A stretch of 64,000 bases of DNA from a phage. The translations under genes and the position numbers were made by a program. The stretch is from the sequence record PV730299.1; one strand, written 5' to 3'. Numbering within the stretch: position 1 is the stretch's first letter; the number at the start of each line of letters is the position of its first letter. The notes beneath the pieces were generated by a model, which saw only the letters and a list, made by a program, of their open reading frames with translations, was not told where the DNA came from and ran no database searches. Positions 27,957 to 37,655 of this stretch are shown here, one piece after another.

Positions 27957-29150
27957 ATGAACAAGACCATCTTCGATATCCTTTCCCTCGACCGCAACCT
28001 GGTCCATTGGGAAGATTATCTCTACAAGCACACCCCGTGCGAACTTGTCGTCAACCCCGAAACCAATCAGCAGGTCTGGTTCAAGCGTGAAGATTATTTT
28101 GCGCCGCTGTCCAATTATGCAAATGGCCAGCAGGGCATCAACGGCAGCAAACTCCGCCAGGCCATCTGGTTGATGGTTGAGCACCTCAAGGCCGGAGGCT
28201 CCCCTGACATCATCCATGGTACTGTCGTTGGTAGTCCGCAGTCCCCTATGGCGACAGCAGTCTCTCGGCACTTCGGCGGCAAGACAACCACTGTACTCGG
28301 AGCGACCAAACCCACCACCTGTATGAACCACGACATGGTGGCAATGTCAGCCTGGTTTGGTAGTGAGTTCAACTTCGTCGGCTCGGGTTACAACAGCACG
28401 ATCCAGCCGCGCTGTAAGAAGTTGATCGAACAACAGAATCCAAAGGCGTATTATCTGGAATATGGTATCACCCTCGACCATACAGCGCATTCTCCTGAGC
28501 GCATCGCTGGCTTCCATATGCTGGGTGGCGAGCAGGTTGCCAACATCCCTGACCATATTACCGATCTGATTATCCCAGCCGGATCGTGCAACTCTTGCAC
28601 AAGTATCCTGACCGGGCTGGCAATGCATCCGAAGCCTAATCTGAAGCGTGTGTATCTGATTGGCATCGGTCCGAACCGCCTGGACTTTATCGAGAGCCGT
28701 CTGCGCATCATCGGCAAACATGCCAATCTGCCGCACATTGTCGACTTCACCCGTCGCTATCACGACAACCCAGACTATGTACACGGCAAGAAGGAGCTTC
28801 AGCATGCCTCTAAGAGCGTTTCGCTGGCTGGCCTCCTAAGTGGTATCAGGCAGAAGGAAGAGCCACAGGTCGTGCTTCCTCGCTTTGAGGTACACCATTG
28901 GGATCTTCACACCACTAATTGGGTTCGTTATAATGACCTGATGGAATATCAGTGGGGTGATATTGAGTTGCATCCTCGCTATGAAGGCAAGGTCATGACC
29001 TGGATCCAGCAGAACAAGCCCGAGTTGCTCAATGAGAAAACTCTGTTCTGGATTGTGGGAAGCAAGCCGTACATCGAGCCGATGAAGGCTGCATGTCCTG
29101 AACTGGCTATCCCCGAAGCAGTACCTGTAAACGAATTCACCCCTTCCTGA
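27957..29150 (+). CDS. PLP-dependent enzyme, fold type II (ACC deaminase / D-cysteine desulfhydrase-like)
   Basis: KREDYFAPL ... GINGSKLRQ pattern resembles the family motif K-R-E-D ... GGNK-x-RK with PLP lysine; start set to ATG 27957 with AGGAG RBS. Confidence 0.6.
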   Translation: MNKTIFDILSLDRNLVHWEDYLYKHTPCELVVNPETNQQVWFKREDYFAPLSNYANGQQGINGSKLRQAIWLMVEHLKAGGSPDIIHGTVVGSPQSPMATAVSRHFGGKTTTVLGATKPTTCMNHDMVAMSAWFGSEFNFVGSGYNSTIQPRCKKLIEQQNPKAYYLEYGITLDHTAHSPERIAGFHMLGGEQVANIPDHITDLIIPAGSCNSCTSILTGLAMHPKPNLKRVYLIGIGPNRLDFIESRLRIIGKHANLPHIVDFTRRYHDNPDYVHGKKELQHASKSVSLAGLLSGIRQKEEPQVVLPRFEVHHWDLHTTNWVRYNDLMEYQWGDIELHPRYEGKVMTWIQQNKPELLNEKTLFWIVGSKPYIEPMKAACPELAIPEAVPVNEFTPS

Positions 29151-29156
29151 TTCCTC

Positions 29157-29167
29157 CTAAATACCCC
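29157..29167 (+). promoter_or_regulatory. late-promoter-like motif CTAAATACCCC (distal copy)
   Basis: Followed by ATACCCCATAC / GTGTGGGGTAT inverted repeat. Confidence 0.4.
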
Positions 29168-29255
29168 ATACAACCAGTGTGGGGTATCTATGAAACCTTC
29201 CTCCAATATTTCCTAGAGGCGTCCTGTACAAACCAGGCCTCGCCAAGCGGGAAGC

Positions 29256-29266
29256 CTAAATACCCC
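29256..29266 (+). promoter_or_regulatory. late-promoter-like motif CTAAATACCCC (proximal copy)
   Basis: 29 nt upstream of ATG 29295. Confidence 0.5.
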
Positions 29267-29294
29267 ATATGGCTAACCCACTGAGGAACCCAAC

Positions 29295-29753
29295 ATGCCA
29301 ACCTCCAAATTGTTTGAATCAGAATACACCAATGACATCCCTGTATGGACTGGTGTTCAAGACGGTATCACGATTGAGCTGTTTGATCGTGAAGAGACAG
29401 GCGCGGAAGAGATCTATGCAGGCGTTGAAGGCACTGATGTTGTCCGCGCCGCCGTAGCTCTTGCCACCTTCCTAGAAGATGCACCGATTGATGGTGTGCC
29501 GTTCGAGGCGCACGTAGATCCCAAGGATCCGACCTCTATCATCATTACAGTGAATGGGGTGCCATACACTTCGTACAGTATCGAGACGGACGAAGAAGGC
29601 AGTGGAGCGCTGTATATTGCCACCGACCTGCAGCTGGAAGACGATGAGATGGATTATCTGATTCAGAACGGGGTGCTGCCACCGTTTACCGATGAAGAAC
29701 TGGACACGGAACTGGCCGCCGTCGGGGACGACGAAGACTTCTGGGAAGAATAA
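29295..29753 (+). CDS. acidic hypothetical protein, 152 aa, apparently late-expressed
   Basis: GAGGAA RBS; two CTAAATACCCC motifs upstream; strong terminator downstream. Confidence 0.65.
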   Translation: MPTSKLFESEYTNDIPVWTGVQDGITIELFDREETGAEEIYAGVEGTDVVRAAVALATFLEDAPIDGVPFEAHVDPKDPTSIIITVNGVPYTSYSIETDEEGSGALYIATDLQLEDDEMDYLIQNGVLPPFTDEELDTELAAVGDDEDFWEE

Positions 29754-29756
29754 GAA

Positions 29757-29785
29757 AAGGGGCTTAACGCCCCTTTCTTTATTTC
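29757..29785 (+). terminator. rho-independent terminator
   Basis: Stem AAAGGGGC/GCCCCTTT, loop TTAAC, then TCTTTATTT. Confidence 0.7.
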
Positions 29786-29914
29786 ACCTTCCGGTGCTCT
29801 GCTTCGGTATATTCGATTGCCATGATATAGTCCTTCTCTTCAGATTGTTGTTCCGTACTACAATTAGAAGTATACACCAGTTATTGAAGAAGTAAACTTT
29901 ATTCAATAAATATT

Positions 29915-30127
29915 TTAATAAATTTTGAACTCCGCTCCTTTATACACCGCCGACCCTCGTTCTATGAGGCCATCGGGAACAATCACTTTTGTTGGCCAAC
30001 CACCATCTGGAGCCTTAACAGTCAGGCGTGTCTTGTGATCGCCCAGCTGTGTCTGTTCATAGATCCTTCCGCGCACTATCGTCGCCCCGCCTTGGGTGAC
30101 GAGCAATCTCTTGTTTACCACATTCAT
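29915..30127 (-). CDS. small hypothetical protein, 70 aa
   Basis: ORF track; only 20 nt downstream of a minus-strand terminator, so would need read-through. Confidence 0.35.
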   Translation of the reverse strand: MNVVNKRLLVTQGGATIVRGRIYEQTQLGDHKTRLTVKAPDGGWPTKVIVPDGLIERGSAVYKGAEFKIY

Positions 30128-30136
30128 TCCCTAAAC

Positions 30137-30164
30137 ACCAAAAGAAAGGGGAGTTTCCTCCCCT
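30137..30164 (-). terminator. rho-independent terminator after minus-strand membrane protein gene
   Basis: 7-bp stem AGGGGAG/CTCCCCT, U-tract on minus strand. Confidence 0.55.
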
Positions 30165-30169
30165 TGAAC

Positions 30170-30742
30170 TTATTTCTTCAGATCAGGCCACGCACCAGAG
30201 GTCGCAGTAGACCCAGCTGGGGGAGCAGACTCAAGATCGGGAGAACCCGACTGAGTAACAACAGTGGGATCTTTCTGTACGACCCGAACCCCAAATTGCT
30301 TGAGAGCATCCATAGCTTGGGCTTTTCGCCTGTTGCTTTTGTAGTGGTTGTAGCCTTTGATACCGAATGATGCACTAATTGCTGTCAATAACGAATAGGT
30401 ATACCATTCAGGCGCGGTATCTAGTGCCTGAAGGCCACCGATTACTGCTTTGATGAAATCCCCTTTATGATACTCACCAGGGAACAAAATCAGTTCCACA
30501 ACTGGAGCAGTCATGACGAGGATGGCGGGTATGGCCAACACGATAGTCCAGAATTCGTCTTTCCAAGACCCGCCGACTTCGGTAATCTTAGACAGCTCCC
30601 AATCTGAGGAGGACTTGATGGCCTCCAGCTTGACGTCGTGTTTGGCCTGTACAACTTCCCGCTTATATTGGATCAAATCAGTCCCGAGGTTCCAGAGTTG
30701 CTTGAGCACCCCTGGGATCATACCAACGAGGGGGATTGCCAT
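30170..30742 (-). CDS. membrane protein, about 190 aa
   Basis: ORF-track start 30760 is TTG; ATG 30742 has AAGGAG RBS 7 nt upstream; hydrophobic segments; hairpin terminator downstream. Confidence 0.6.
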   Translation of the reverse strand: MAIPLVGMIPGVLKQLWNLGTDLIQYKREVVQAKHDVKLEAIKSSSDWELSKITEVGGSWKDEFWTIVLAIPAILVMTAPVVELILFPGEYHKGDFIKAVIGGLQALDTAPEWYTYSLLTAISASFGIKGYNHYKSNRRKAQAMDALKQFGVRVVQKDPTVVTQSGSPDLESAPPAGSTATSGAWPDLKK

Positions 30743-30821
30743 AATAAACTCCTTGGTCAATGAATGGCTCTATGGTTAAATATGCCCACGTGCTAACGGC
30801 ACGGATAACCTGGAGAATTAC

Positions 30822-33821
30822 ATGACCGTTTTCTATACGAACGTTGCCCGAAGGGGCAATGACCTGTTGATTCGAATTGCAGATGACATGGGTAATCGCC
30901 GTCTGTTGAAAAAGAAATTCGAACCCACTCTCTATTTACCCACGGCTGACTATTCAAATGTTGAAAAGGTCGGTCTTCTCAATGAACCCCTGGTAGCCAA
31001 GCAGTTCCCTTCCATGCGTGACGCTGACAACTATCTTGAAGAGTACAAGGAAGTCCAGGGTGCTGCCATTTACGGACAGACCGATTATGCATACCAGTTC
31101 ATCGCCCATAGCTTTCCTGGAAAGATTGAGCCGGATTATTCCAACATCCATATTGCTAACCTCGATATCGAAGTGTTCTCCGCCGGGTGGAAAGACGGAA
31201 AGATGACCAAAGGTCCATTCCCTCACCCAACCATTGAGCAGCAGACGTTCAAAGGGAATGAGGCGCGCATTCGCCGCTTCCATAAACAAGTGCTGGCCAA
31301 CCATGAATTTGTCCGTGAGCACTTCCCTGGTTCTTTCATCAGCAACAACGTCACTGATCAGTTCCCTATCATTGATAGCAATGGTAAGATCACCCAGGAC
31401 ATGAATGCGGCGTTCCCCATTACCCTGATCCAGCTTCAGGATATGGCGACCAATAAGTTCATGGTCTGGGGTATGCCCTGTGCCAAAGACCGCAATAAGT
31501 TCGCATACGACACCGAAGACAAAGAGATCGGCGGCCTTGAGGTTGTTTATCAGGAGTTCACCACCGAACAAGATCTGCTGCGCTCGTTCCTAGACTTCTG
31601 GTCGGAGCGTCAGTTCGACGGATGGACTGGCTGGAACATTGAGACGTTTGATAGCCCTTATCTTGTTGAGCGCATGAATCAGGTTCTGGGTGAGGCTGAA
31701 ACGTCGCGCCTCAGTCCTTGGGGTATCATTAAGAAGCGTATCATTCGCGATAAGAAGGGCGATATCACGACGTATCAGTTCGTGGGCTGTCCTATGCTCG
31801 ATTATATGCAGATCTACAAGAAACACACGTACACCACCCGTGAACGCTACTCTCTTGACTGGATTGCGTATTGTGAGCTGGGTGAGAAGAAGATGGACTA
31901 CAGTGAGAGCAAGTCGCTCTTTGATCTGTACTTCAACGACTACTGCAAACACACCCGATATGGTATCAAAGACGTTAAGCTGGTATGGCGACTTGAACAG
32001 AAGCTGCGCCTGCTCCAGCTGATGTTCGTCCTTGCTTACCGCACCAAGTCCAACTATGAGGACGGCCTGGGTACTGTGGCTCCGTGGCTGGCCATGTGCT
32101 ACTATCGCCTGTACGAGAAGGGGATAGTACCTAAGATCCAGCGTGTATACGATGGTCCGACCGACTTTGAGGGTGCATACGTCATGGATGTGACACCAGG
32201 AATCTACTTCTGGGTCTTCTCGGAAGATTTGAACTCCCTGTATCCTCACATCATTCAGCAGTACAACCTCGGTCCAGAGACTATCGTTGGCGACAAACAC
32301 CAGCGCCGCGAGATTATTGAGGCTATGTGTGAAGAGCTGGCTGCTCAGATGAATAACATGGCAACGCCGATGCACAAACGTCGGTTGATGAAAGCCCTTC
32401 ACGACAAGCTGTTGCGTGCGGTTGATGAACGCCTGCAGGTTGTTGATGAGTTGGTTGCCCTGGGTGAGTTCCACTTTGAAACCCTGCGCCGCTACAACGT
32501 GTCGTTCACACCGAACGTTCAATTCTTCAGCAACGAGAAGATGTCGTTCCTGTCTGAAATCATGCGCGGTATCTACAGCGACCGTAAAGTAGAGAAGGCC
32601 AAGGGGCTGAAGTACGAGCAGTGGGCTGGTTGGTGTAAAGAGATGTCGAAGGGCGACTTCCATCTTGAGTCTGCCATGAAGTCTCGCTACTATGACCCAG
32701 AGTGGTATGAAGAGCACAAGAACATTGATCTTGATGCCCTGACCGAAGTGATGAAGAAGTGGGAAGACCTGGGCGTCGCTCAAGATACCCTTCAACAAGG
32801 TCTGAAGATCTTGATGAACGCAGGTTATGGCGCGATCTCAAACGTCTGGTTCAAAGAGTACTTCAACCTCAACATTGCCGAAGCCATCACCACATCCGGT
32901 CAGCTGATCAACAAGTGGAACAAGCGTTACACCGATGATTATCTGAACAAGCTGTGTGGTACAACAGGCCAGGACTTCGTCATCGCAGGGGATACCGACT
33001 CCAACTACATCTGCATTGAGCGTCTTGTCAAGCATTTGTGGCCTGATGTTACTGACCATCATGCTATGGTTGATAATATCGACCAATGGATCAAAGACAA
33101 CTACCAGCCGAAGACCAATGAGTGGGCACAGCTTCTGTGTAACACCATGAACGGATTTGAACAGCGCATGGTGTGGGAGCGTGAGGTCATTGCGTCAGCC
33201 GCTGTCTGGCGAGCCAAGAAGATGTATGCCATGGCCGTGTACGACAGTGAGGGTATCAAGTACGAGAAGCCGAAGATCAAGTTCAAAGGTCTGGAAGCCC
33301 GCAAGTCCACCACACCGGAATGGTGTCGTGAGCGTCTTGTCAAGTGCTATGAGAAGATCCTACTCGGCACCGAAGAGGAAGTGCAGACGCTCATCTCCCA
33401 GTACAAAGAGGAGTATATGAAACTCTCTGTAGACGATATCGCCAAGGCGTCAGGTGTGTCCGACATAGAGAAGTGTGTGGCTGCTGACGGATCGTTTATA
33501 TCTGGTGCTCATTTTGCTGCCAAGGCGTGTGTGGGCTACAACCGTCTGGTTGAGAAGAACGAAGATCTGGGTCTACCGATGATCGAGTCGGGTGATAAGG
33601 TACAGATGGTGTTGTTGAAGCCGGGCAACCCGTTTGGGCAGAACTACTTTGCATATCCTGAGTTCTTCCCCGAGGAGCTTGGTCTGGGCAAATGGGTGGA
33701 TTATCAGGCGGCCTTTGAGAAGTCCTTCATTGATCCGATTCAGTCTATCCTCGACGTGGTCGGCTGGTCACACAAGCGCCGTGTGAACCTTCTTGCCATG
33801 ATGCAAAAGAAGAAAGGTTGA
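30822..33821 (+). CDS. DNA polymerase, family B, T4 gp43-like
   Basis: FPSMRDA N-terminal motif, SLYPHII and GDTDS polymerase motifs, AITTSGQ; TGGAG RBS. Confidence 0.95.
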   Translation: MTVFYTNVARRGNDLLIRIADDMGNRRLLKKKFEPTLYLPTADYSNVEKVGLLNEPLVAKQFPSMRDADNYLEEYKEVQGAAIYGQTDYAYQFIAHSFPGKIEPDYSNIHIANLDIEVFSAGWKDGKMTKGPFPHPTIEQQTFKGNEARIRRFHKQVLANHEFVREHFPGSFISNNVTDQFPIIDSNGKITQDMNAAFPITLIQLQDMATNKFMVWGMPCAKDRNKFAYDTEDKEIGGLEVVYQEFTTEQDLLRSFLDFWSERQFDGWTGWNIETFDSPYLVERMNQVLGEAETSRLSPWGIIKKRIIRDKKGDITTYQFVGCPMLDYMQIYKKHTYTTRERYSLDWIAYCELGEKKMDYSESKSLFDLYFNDYCKHTRYGIKDVKLVWRLEQKLRLLQLMFVLAYRTKSNYEDGLGTVAPWLAMCYYRLYEKGIVPKIQRVYDGPTDFEGAYVMDVTPGIYFWVFSEDLNSLYPHIIQQYNLGPETIVGDKHQRREIIEAMCEELAAQMNNMATPMHKRRLMKALHDKLLRAVDERLQVVDELVALGEFHFETLRRYNVSFTPNVQFFSNEKMSFLSEIMRGIYSDRKVEKAKGLKYEQWAGWCKEMSKGDFHLESAMKSRYYDPEWYEEHKNIDLDALTEVMKKWEDLGVAQDTLQQGLKILMNAGYGAISNVWFKEYFNLNIAEAITTSGQLINKWNKRYTDDYLNKLCGTTGQDFVIAGDTDSNYICIERLVKHLWPDVTDHHAMVDNIDQWIKDNYQPKTNEWAQLLCNTMNGFEQRMVWEREVIASAAVWRAKKMYAMAVYDSEGIKYEKPKIKFKGLEARKSTTPEWCRERLVKCYEKILLGTEEEVQTLISQYKEEYMKLSVDDIAKASGVSDIEKCVAADGSFISGAHFAAKACVGYNRLVEKNEDLGLPMIESGDKVQMVLLKPGNPFGQNYFAYPEFFPEELGLGKWVDYQAAFEKSFIDPIQSILDVVGWSHKRRVNLLAMMQKKKG

Positions 33822-33834
33822 TTCAATAAACCAA

Positions 33835-33854
33835 AGGGGGATATAATTCCCCCT
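33835..33854 (+). terminator. hairpin after DNA polymerase gene (weak U-tract)
   Basis: Stem AGGGGG/CCCCCT, loop ATATAATT; preceded by TTCAATAAA. Confidence 0.35.
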
Positions 33855-33883
33855 GTTAACCCTTTGACAAACAGGTGATTGAA

Positions 33884-34225
33884 ATGAAACTCAATAAGAT
33901 TCTTCTGGTGTGCGCTCTGGCTTTCTCTACCACTGCGTGTTCCACCCTTCTGGACGTTGCTTCTACTGTAGACCTTGACGCGCCGACGTTCACCAATGAG
34001 CAGGCCGTGTCCAAGATGGAAGACACCATCAAGGCGCATGCAGCACTGGACAACACTACCCCAGGTCCGCTCCAAACTGTCTGCAACTATGACGATTCCA
34101 TCCAGGAAGACGAAACTTACCACTGCATCACCTACGTGAAGCAGGCCTCCGTCGTTCTGTATGCAGATTGTACCGAAGAACAGTGTGTTGCTACAGGCTA
34201 CGATAAAGTTGAGGAAGACAAATGA
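33884..34225 (+). CDS. putative secreted protein or lipoprotein, 113 aa
   Basis: Signal-peptide-like N-terminus ending LAFSTTAC; start set to ATG 33884 with AGGTGA RBS. Confidence 0.5.
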   Translation: MKLNKILLVCALAFSTTACSTLLDVASTVDLDAPTFTNEQAVSKMEDTIKAHAALDNTTPGPLQTVCNYDDSIQEDETYHCITYVKQASVVLYADCTEEQCVATGYDKVEEDK

Positions 34226-35001
34226 ACAACCTGGTTTGTATCTATGATATGAAATCAAAGGTCGGTGGCCTGTATCGCGTCCTCGTGGATGTTGACCTGA
34301 CGTTGGTCGACAGCCTCTCCCCTTGGGTGCAGTGGTTTAACGAAGAGAACATCGCCGCCGCTGCTATCGCTACGGGGGAACATAAGTCATACCAGTTCCA
34401 GCCGATTACCAAAGAGTGTTATATGTCCCATGCTGGCGACCTGGCTATTCTGATGCGTGAACGTGCGCATCCGGCGTGGCTATACCATGAAGTCCAATTG
34501 GGGATGCACAAACAACGTGTGCCAAGCGGTAACGATCCTATGGACTGGTGGCGTCGCCCTGACTTGTACGCCAAGATGAACCCACTTCCTGGTGCTTACG
34601 AGTTCCTGGTGAATCTGAAGAAGATTCTGCTCGAAGACTTTGACAATGTTGAATTCATCGCGGTGTCGAAGTGCGAGCCGGAACACGAGCGCAGCAAGCG
34701 TCAGTTTGTCTATGATAAGTTCCCTGGTATCTTCAACGGGTTTGTCAGCACCGACGAAAAGCATCTGCTGGCTGGCGATGTCCTGATTGATGACAATCCG
34801 AAGTATGTCGAGCCATGCGGTCTGAACAACATCTTTGTCATCTTTGTTCCTCAGGGCAATTATGAAAAACTGGATCTTTCGAATTCGGAAGACATGCTTT
34901 ATATTAAACCAGTAGAAGGCCAGAATCACTTCGACTTCCTGAACCGCAATATTGTTGAAGTGGTTAACCGCCTGATTAGTCATTATCAATACGTCCGATA
35001 G
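34222..35001 (+). CDS. HAD-superfamily hydrolase, possible nucleotidase/phosphatase
   Basis: N-terminal DVDLTLVD (DxDxT) HAD motif; ATGA start/stop overlap with upstream gene. Confidence 0.6.
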   Translation: MNNLVCIYDMKSKVGGLYRVLVDVDLTLVDSLSPWVQWFNEENIAAAAIATGEHKSYQFQPITKECYMSHAGDLAILMRERAHPAWLYHEVQLGMHKQRVPSGNDPMDWWRRPDLYAKMNPLPGAYEFLVNLKKILLEDFDNVEFIAVSKCEPEHERSKRQFVYDKFPGIFNGFVSTDEKHLLAGDVLIDDNPKYVEPCGLNNIFVIFVPQGNYEKLDLSNSEDMLYIKPVEGQNHFDFLNRNIVEVVNRLISHYQYVR

Positions 35002-35010
35002 GAGGACATC

Positions 35011-35316
35011 GTGCAAGAACAATCCAAGTTTGGGGAAACCCCAGACAAGCGTTCCGGTGATAGCGACATGGATAGCGTGATTAACCATGTGAACAACTTC
35101 ATTCGTCAGCAGGAGACTCCAACTCCTATCGGTGCAGCCAAGGCTCTTCATGATGTACTGGTGAAGATCGGCCAGCGCTCTGAAGCGGATGAAATCTTCT
35201 ATAACTTTGAAGACCAGTATAAAGTGAAGTTTGAAGAAAACGGTCGTCCGCAGGTTGCTGTGTTCTGGGCACCTTGGCTGGGCGGCGTGAGCTGGCGTAT
35301 TGAGGATGCTGTGTAA
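35011..35316 (+). CDS. hypothetical protein, 101 aa (GTG start)
   Basis: AGGAGG RBS 5 nt upstream of GTG. Confidence 0.5.
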   Translation: MQEQSKFGETPDKRSGDSDMDSVINHVNNFIRQQETPTPIGAAKALHDVLVKIGQRSEADEIFYNFEDQYKVKFEENGRPQVAVFWAPWLGGVSWRIEDAV

Positions 35317-36002
35317 TGCTGTCGCTCTACCTGATCACGAATCTCGTCAATCATAAATTCTATATCGGTGTCACCTCAGAACCGGATAGGCGGTTGGCTG
35401 AGCATAAGTGTGGTCAGGGGAGCATTGCATTACAACGAGCGTTCAAGAAATACGGTGAAGACCAGTTCAAGTTTGAAGTTCTGTTCCGAGGGAAAGATTC
35501 GGTTATCCTTGAGATAGAGTCTGAACTGGTCTGCCAGGAGATCCTTGACTCTGGGTGGTGCTACAACATGGTCGTCGGGGGTGGGAAGCCTCCATTGGCC
35601 ACGCCAGAGTCATCCGCAAAGAGCGCCGCAACCCGCAAACGTTTGATCGCTGAAGGTAAGATTAAACCTCCACCAAGACTCACCCCTGAAGCACAAGCCA
35701 GAAAGGGTAAGATCATAAGCAAATTGATGTCAGAAGGGAAGATCCCCAAACCACCAAGACCTTCCTCTGAATCTCAAACGCGTGGAGGGGGAACTAGGAA
35801 GAGGCTGCATGCTCTTGGTCTGATAGACATTGGTCCTGGTCGCGATGAAAAGATTTACAAATGGCAGCACAAAGATGGTCGCATCGTTGAGTTAAGAAGA
35901 TGCGACATGGAACTTCAATATGGCCTCCCTTCCGGTAATATAACGAATCTCTTGAAAGGTAGGGCTAAAACATGTCTCGGTTGGAGAATATTAAATGGCT
36001 AA
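35316..36002 (+). CDS. GIY-YIG homing endonuclease (Seg-like), free-standing
   Basis: N-terminal LYLITN-x-KFYIGVT with downstream Arg and EH residues; basic repetitive C-terminal DNA-binding-like region. Confidence 0.75.
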   Translation: MLSLYLITNLVNHKFYIGVTSEPDRRLAEHKCGQGSIALQRAFKKYGEDQFKFEVLFRGKDSVILEIESELVCQEILDSGWCYNMVVGGGKPPLATPESSAKSAATRKRLIAEGKIKPPPRLTPEAQARKGKIISKLMSEGKIPKPPRPSSESQTRGGGTRKRLHALGLIDIGPGRDEKIYKWQHKDGRIVELRRCDMELQYGLPSGNITNLLKGRAKTCLGWRILNG

Positions 36003-36912
36003 AATAATTGTAGTGAAAGGCACCTCGGCCACGGGCAAGGGTACGAGAGTGGTCCAGTTCATCGAATGGCTGCGCACTAAGCTGGAGCCTACCGAACTGA
36101 CCTACACCGTTGGTGACAAGACTCGCCCGTTTGGCCTGAAGTTCGGAGAGCTGAAGTTAATCTTCGTTGGGCAGTACACCGTGTCTAACAAATCCGGTCT
36201 GGCTTCCTGGACTTCAATGGATGCAATCCATGCTGCTACAGGCTCAGGCGATATTGCTCGTGATCTAATCAAGTGCTGGTTGGTTCAGGGATACACTCTG
36301 GTGTGTGAGGGCGAACCTCTCATGCTATCGGACAAATGGCGTCCTGAATGGATGTTCAAGAACTATCCGATTGAATCATTGGCGCTGCTGTACTTTGCGT
36401 ACCCCGACCGCTATCAGTACGATGCTCGTATCCGTGGTCGATCTGGTAAAGAAGCAGGGAACTCCGGCTGGTCGCGCAACGAATCTTACTACAAGGAGTT
36501 TGAGAAGTCGAAGGCCGAAATGCTGGCGCTGGGCTTCACTGTGGCTGTTGATGATTACAGCGGACAGGATATCCTGTATAAATCACCGGATGCCAACACC
36601 AAGGAGTTCACAACCAAACAGCAGTCTGAGTTGGCGGTACTACCGTTCGACGCCCCGCTGTGGGTTGTGGGTAATGCGATTTGTCATCAGATCCGCTCTG
36701 AACTGCGTGGTGTTGACATGCACACCAAAGACTTCTACGCCTACTGTGAAACCAATCCGATGACTCGTGAAATCGGCGGCCAGGATCCTTTGGCGCACAG
36801 AGTCCCTGAGAAGCCGCAGAAGGCATCCAAAACTAAAACCAAGGCGAGCGCCCAGCCAGAAGCACCGAAGGCAGCGTCGCGCTCTCTCCTTGACCTGATG
36901 AAGAAGGGGTGA
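35995..36912 (+). CDS. P-loop kinase-like protein (candidate nucleotide or DNA-base kinase)
   Basis: N-terminal KGTSATGKGT Walker-A-like motif; overlaps stop of homing endonuclease gene. Confidence 0.55.
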   Translation: MAKIIVVKGTSATGKGTRVVQFIEWLRTKLEPTELTYTVGDKTRPFGLKFGELKLIFVGQYTVSNKSGLASWTSMDAIHAATGSGDIARDLIKCWLVQGYTLVCEGEPLMLSDKWRPEWMFKNYPIESLALLYFAYPDRYQYDARIRGRSGKEAGNSGWSRNESYYKEFEKSKAEMLALGFTVAVDDYSGQDILYKSPDANTKEFTTKQQSELAVLPFDAPLWVVGNAICHQIRSELRGVDMHTKDFYAYCETNPMTREIGGQDPLAHRVPEKPQKASKTKTKASAQPEAPKAASRSLLDLMKKG

Positions 36913-36914
36913 TC

Positions 36915-37112
36915 ATGAAACGGTTGTCTAATTATCTGTTGTTCATTGGTCTGGTTATGGCAGCCGTTTCAATGTGTACTGCCCTAGCCTATCATTTCAC
37001 CCCTCTGGACTTAACAACCTCAGAGAAGTTGAACGTGACTGTGATGTACTGTATTGGCGCGGTGATGTCTATCGGCGCTGCTGGTTACAAAATATTCAAG
37101 GAACCAAAATGA
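36915..37112 (+). CDS. small membrane protein, 65 aa
   Basis: Two hydrophobic helices; ATG with AGGGGTGA RBS. Confidence 0.45.
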   Translation: MKRLSNYLLFIGLVMAAVSMCTALAYHFTPLDLTTSEKLNVTVMYCIGAVMSIGAAGYKIFKEPK

Positions 37113-37489
37113 AAATTCAAATCCCTCGCGATGCTGTGGCTGTTGCGATCGACTACACCGGAAACGCCAAGCACATTACTGCCGTGCGCCTGATTCCTGA
37201 AAAGAACTGCGTCATCCCTCAGTTCCAACTGAATGCCAATCCGTCGTCCAAAGACTTTGGCAAGTGGTTGCAGGCTGCTCCGTTCCGTACCCAGACGAAC
37301 GCTCAGATGTTCATCTCGAGTAAGACCCACACCGCAGCCCGTCTGTGGTTCGTGACCGCTGACCGTCGCTTTGTCGATATGTGGGAACGTCCGATGGGGT
37401 TCGTGAAGCCGGAAGATATTCAGCTGGCTCCTGAGCCTGAAGCTGTGGCTCCTGAAGAGGAAGCGAAAGATGAAAATCAAGCAGGTTGA
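37109..37489 (+). CDS. hypothetical protein, 126 aa
   Basis: ATGA overlap with upstream stop. Confidence 0.55.
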   Translation: MKIQIPRDAVAVAIDYTGNAKHITAVRLIPEKNCVIPQFQLNANPSSKDFGKWLQAAPFRTQTNAQMFISSKTHTAARLWFVTADRRFVDMWERPMGFVKPEDIQLAPEPEAVAPEEEAKDENQAG

Positions 37490-37655
37490 TTTTATCTTCA
37501 TGATGTTGATGTTCGTTATCTTTACGGTTTCGCTGGTCGGCGTCATGGTCACAGAAGGAGTGCAACAGCGCCCATTCTTGGTGATATGTCCTGTATCTAT
37601 CGCCACTTTCTTCTATCTGGCGTTCCGTGTTGAACTCGGGAGTAAAATCGGATGA
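37470..37655 (+). CDS. small membrane protein, 61 aa
   Basis: ORF track; hydrophobic; overlaps neighbours at both ends. Confidence 0.45.
   Translation: MKIKQVDFIFMMLMFVIFTVSLVGVMVTEGVQQRPFLVICPVSIATFFYLAFRVELGSKIG

Noticed and set aside
31590-32798. 402-aa minus-strand ORF, and 30954-31571 (205 aa)
   Set aside because: Antisense to the DNA polymerase gene, whose catalytic motifs identify the true frame
34480-35151. 223-aa minus-strand ORF
   Set aside because: Antisense to the HAD hydrolase gene in a uniformly plus-strand, translationally coupled operon
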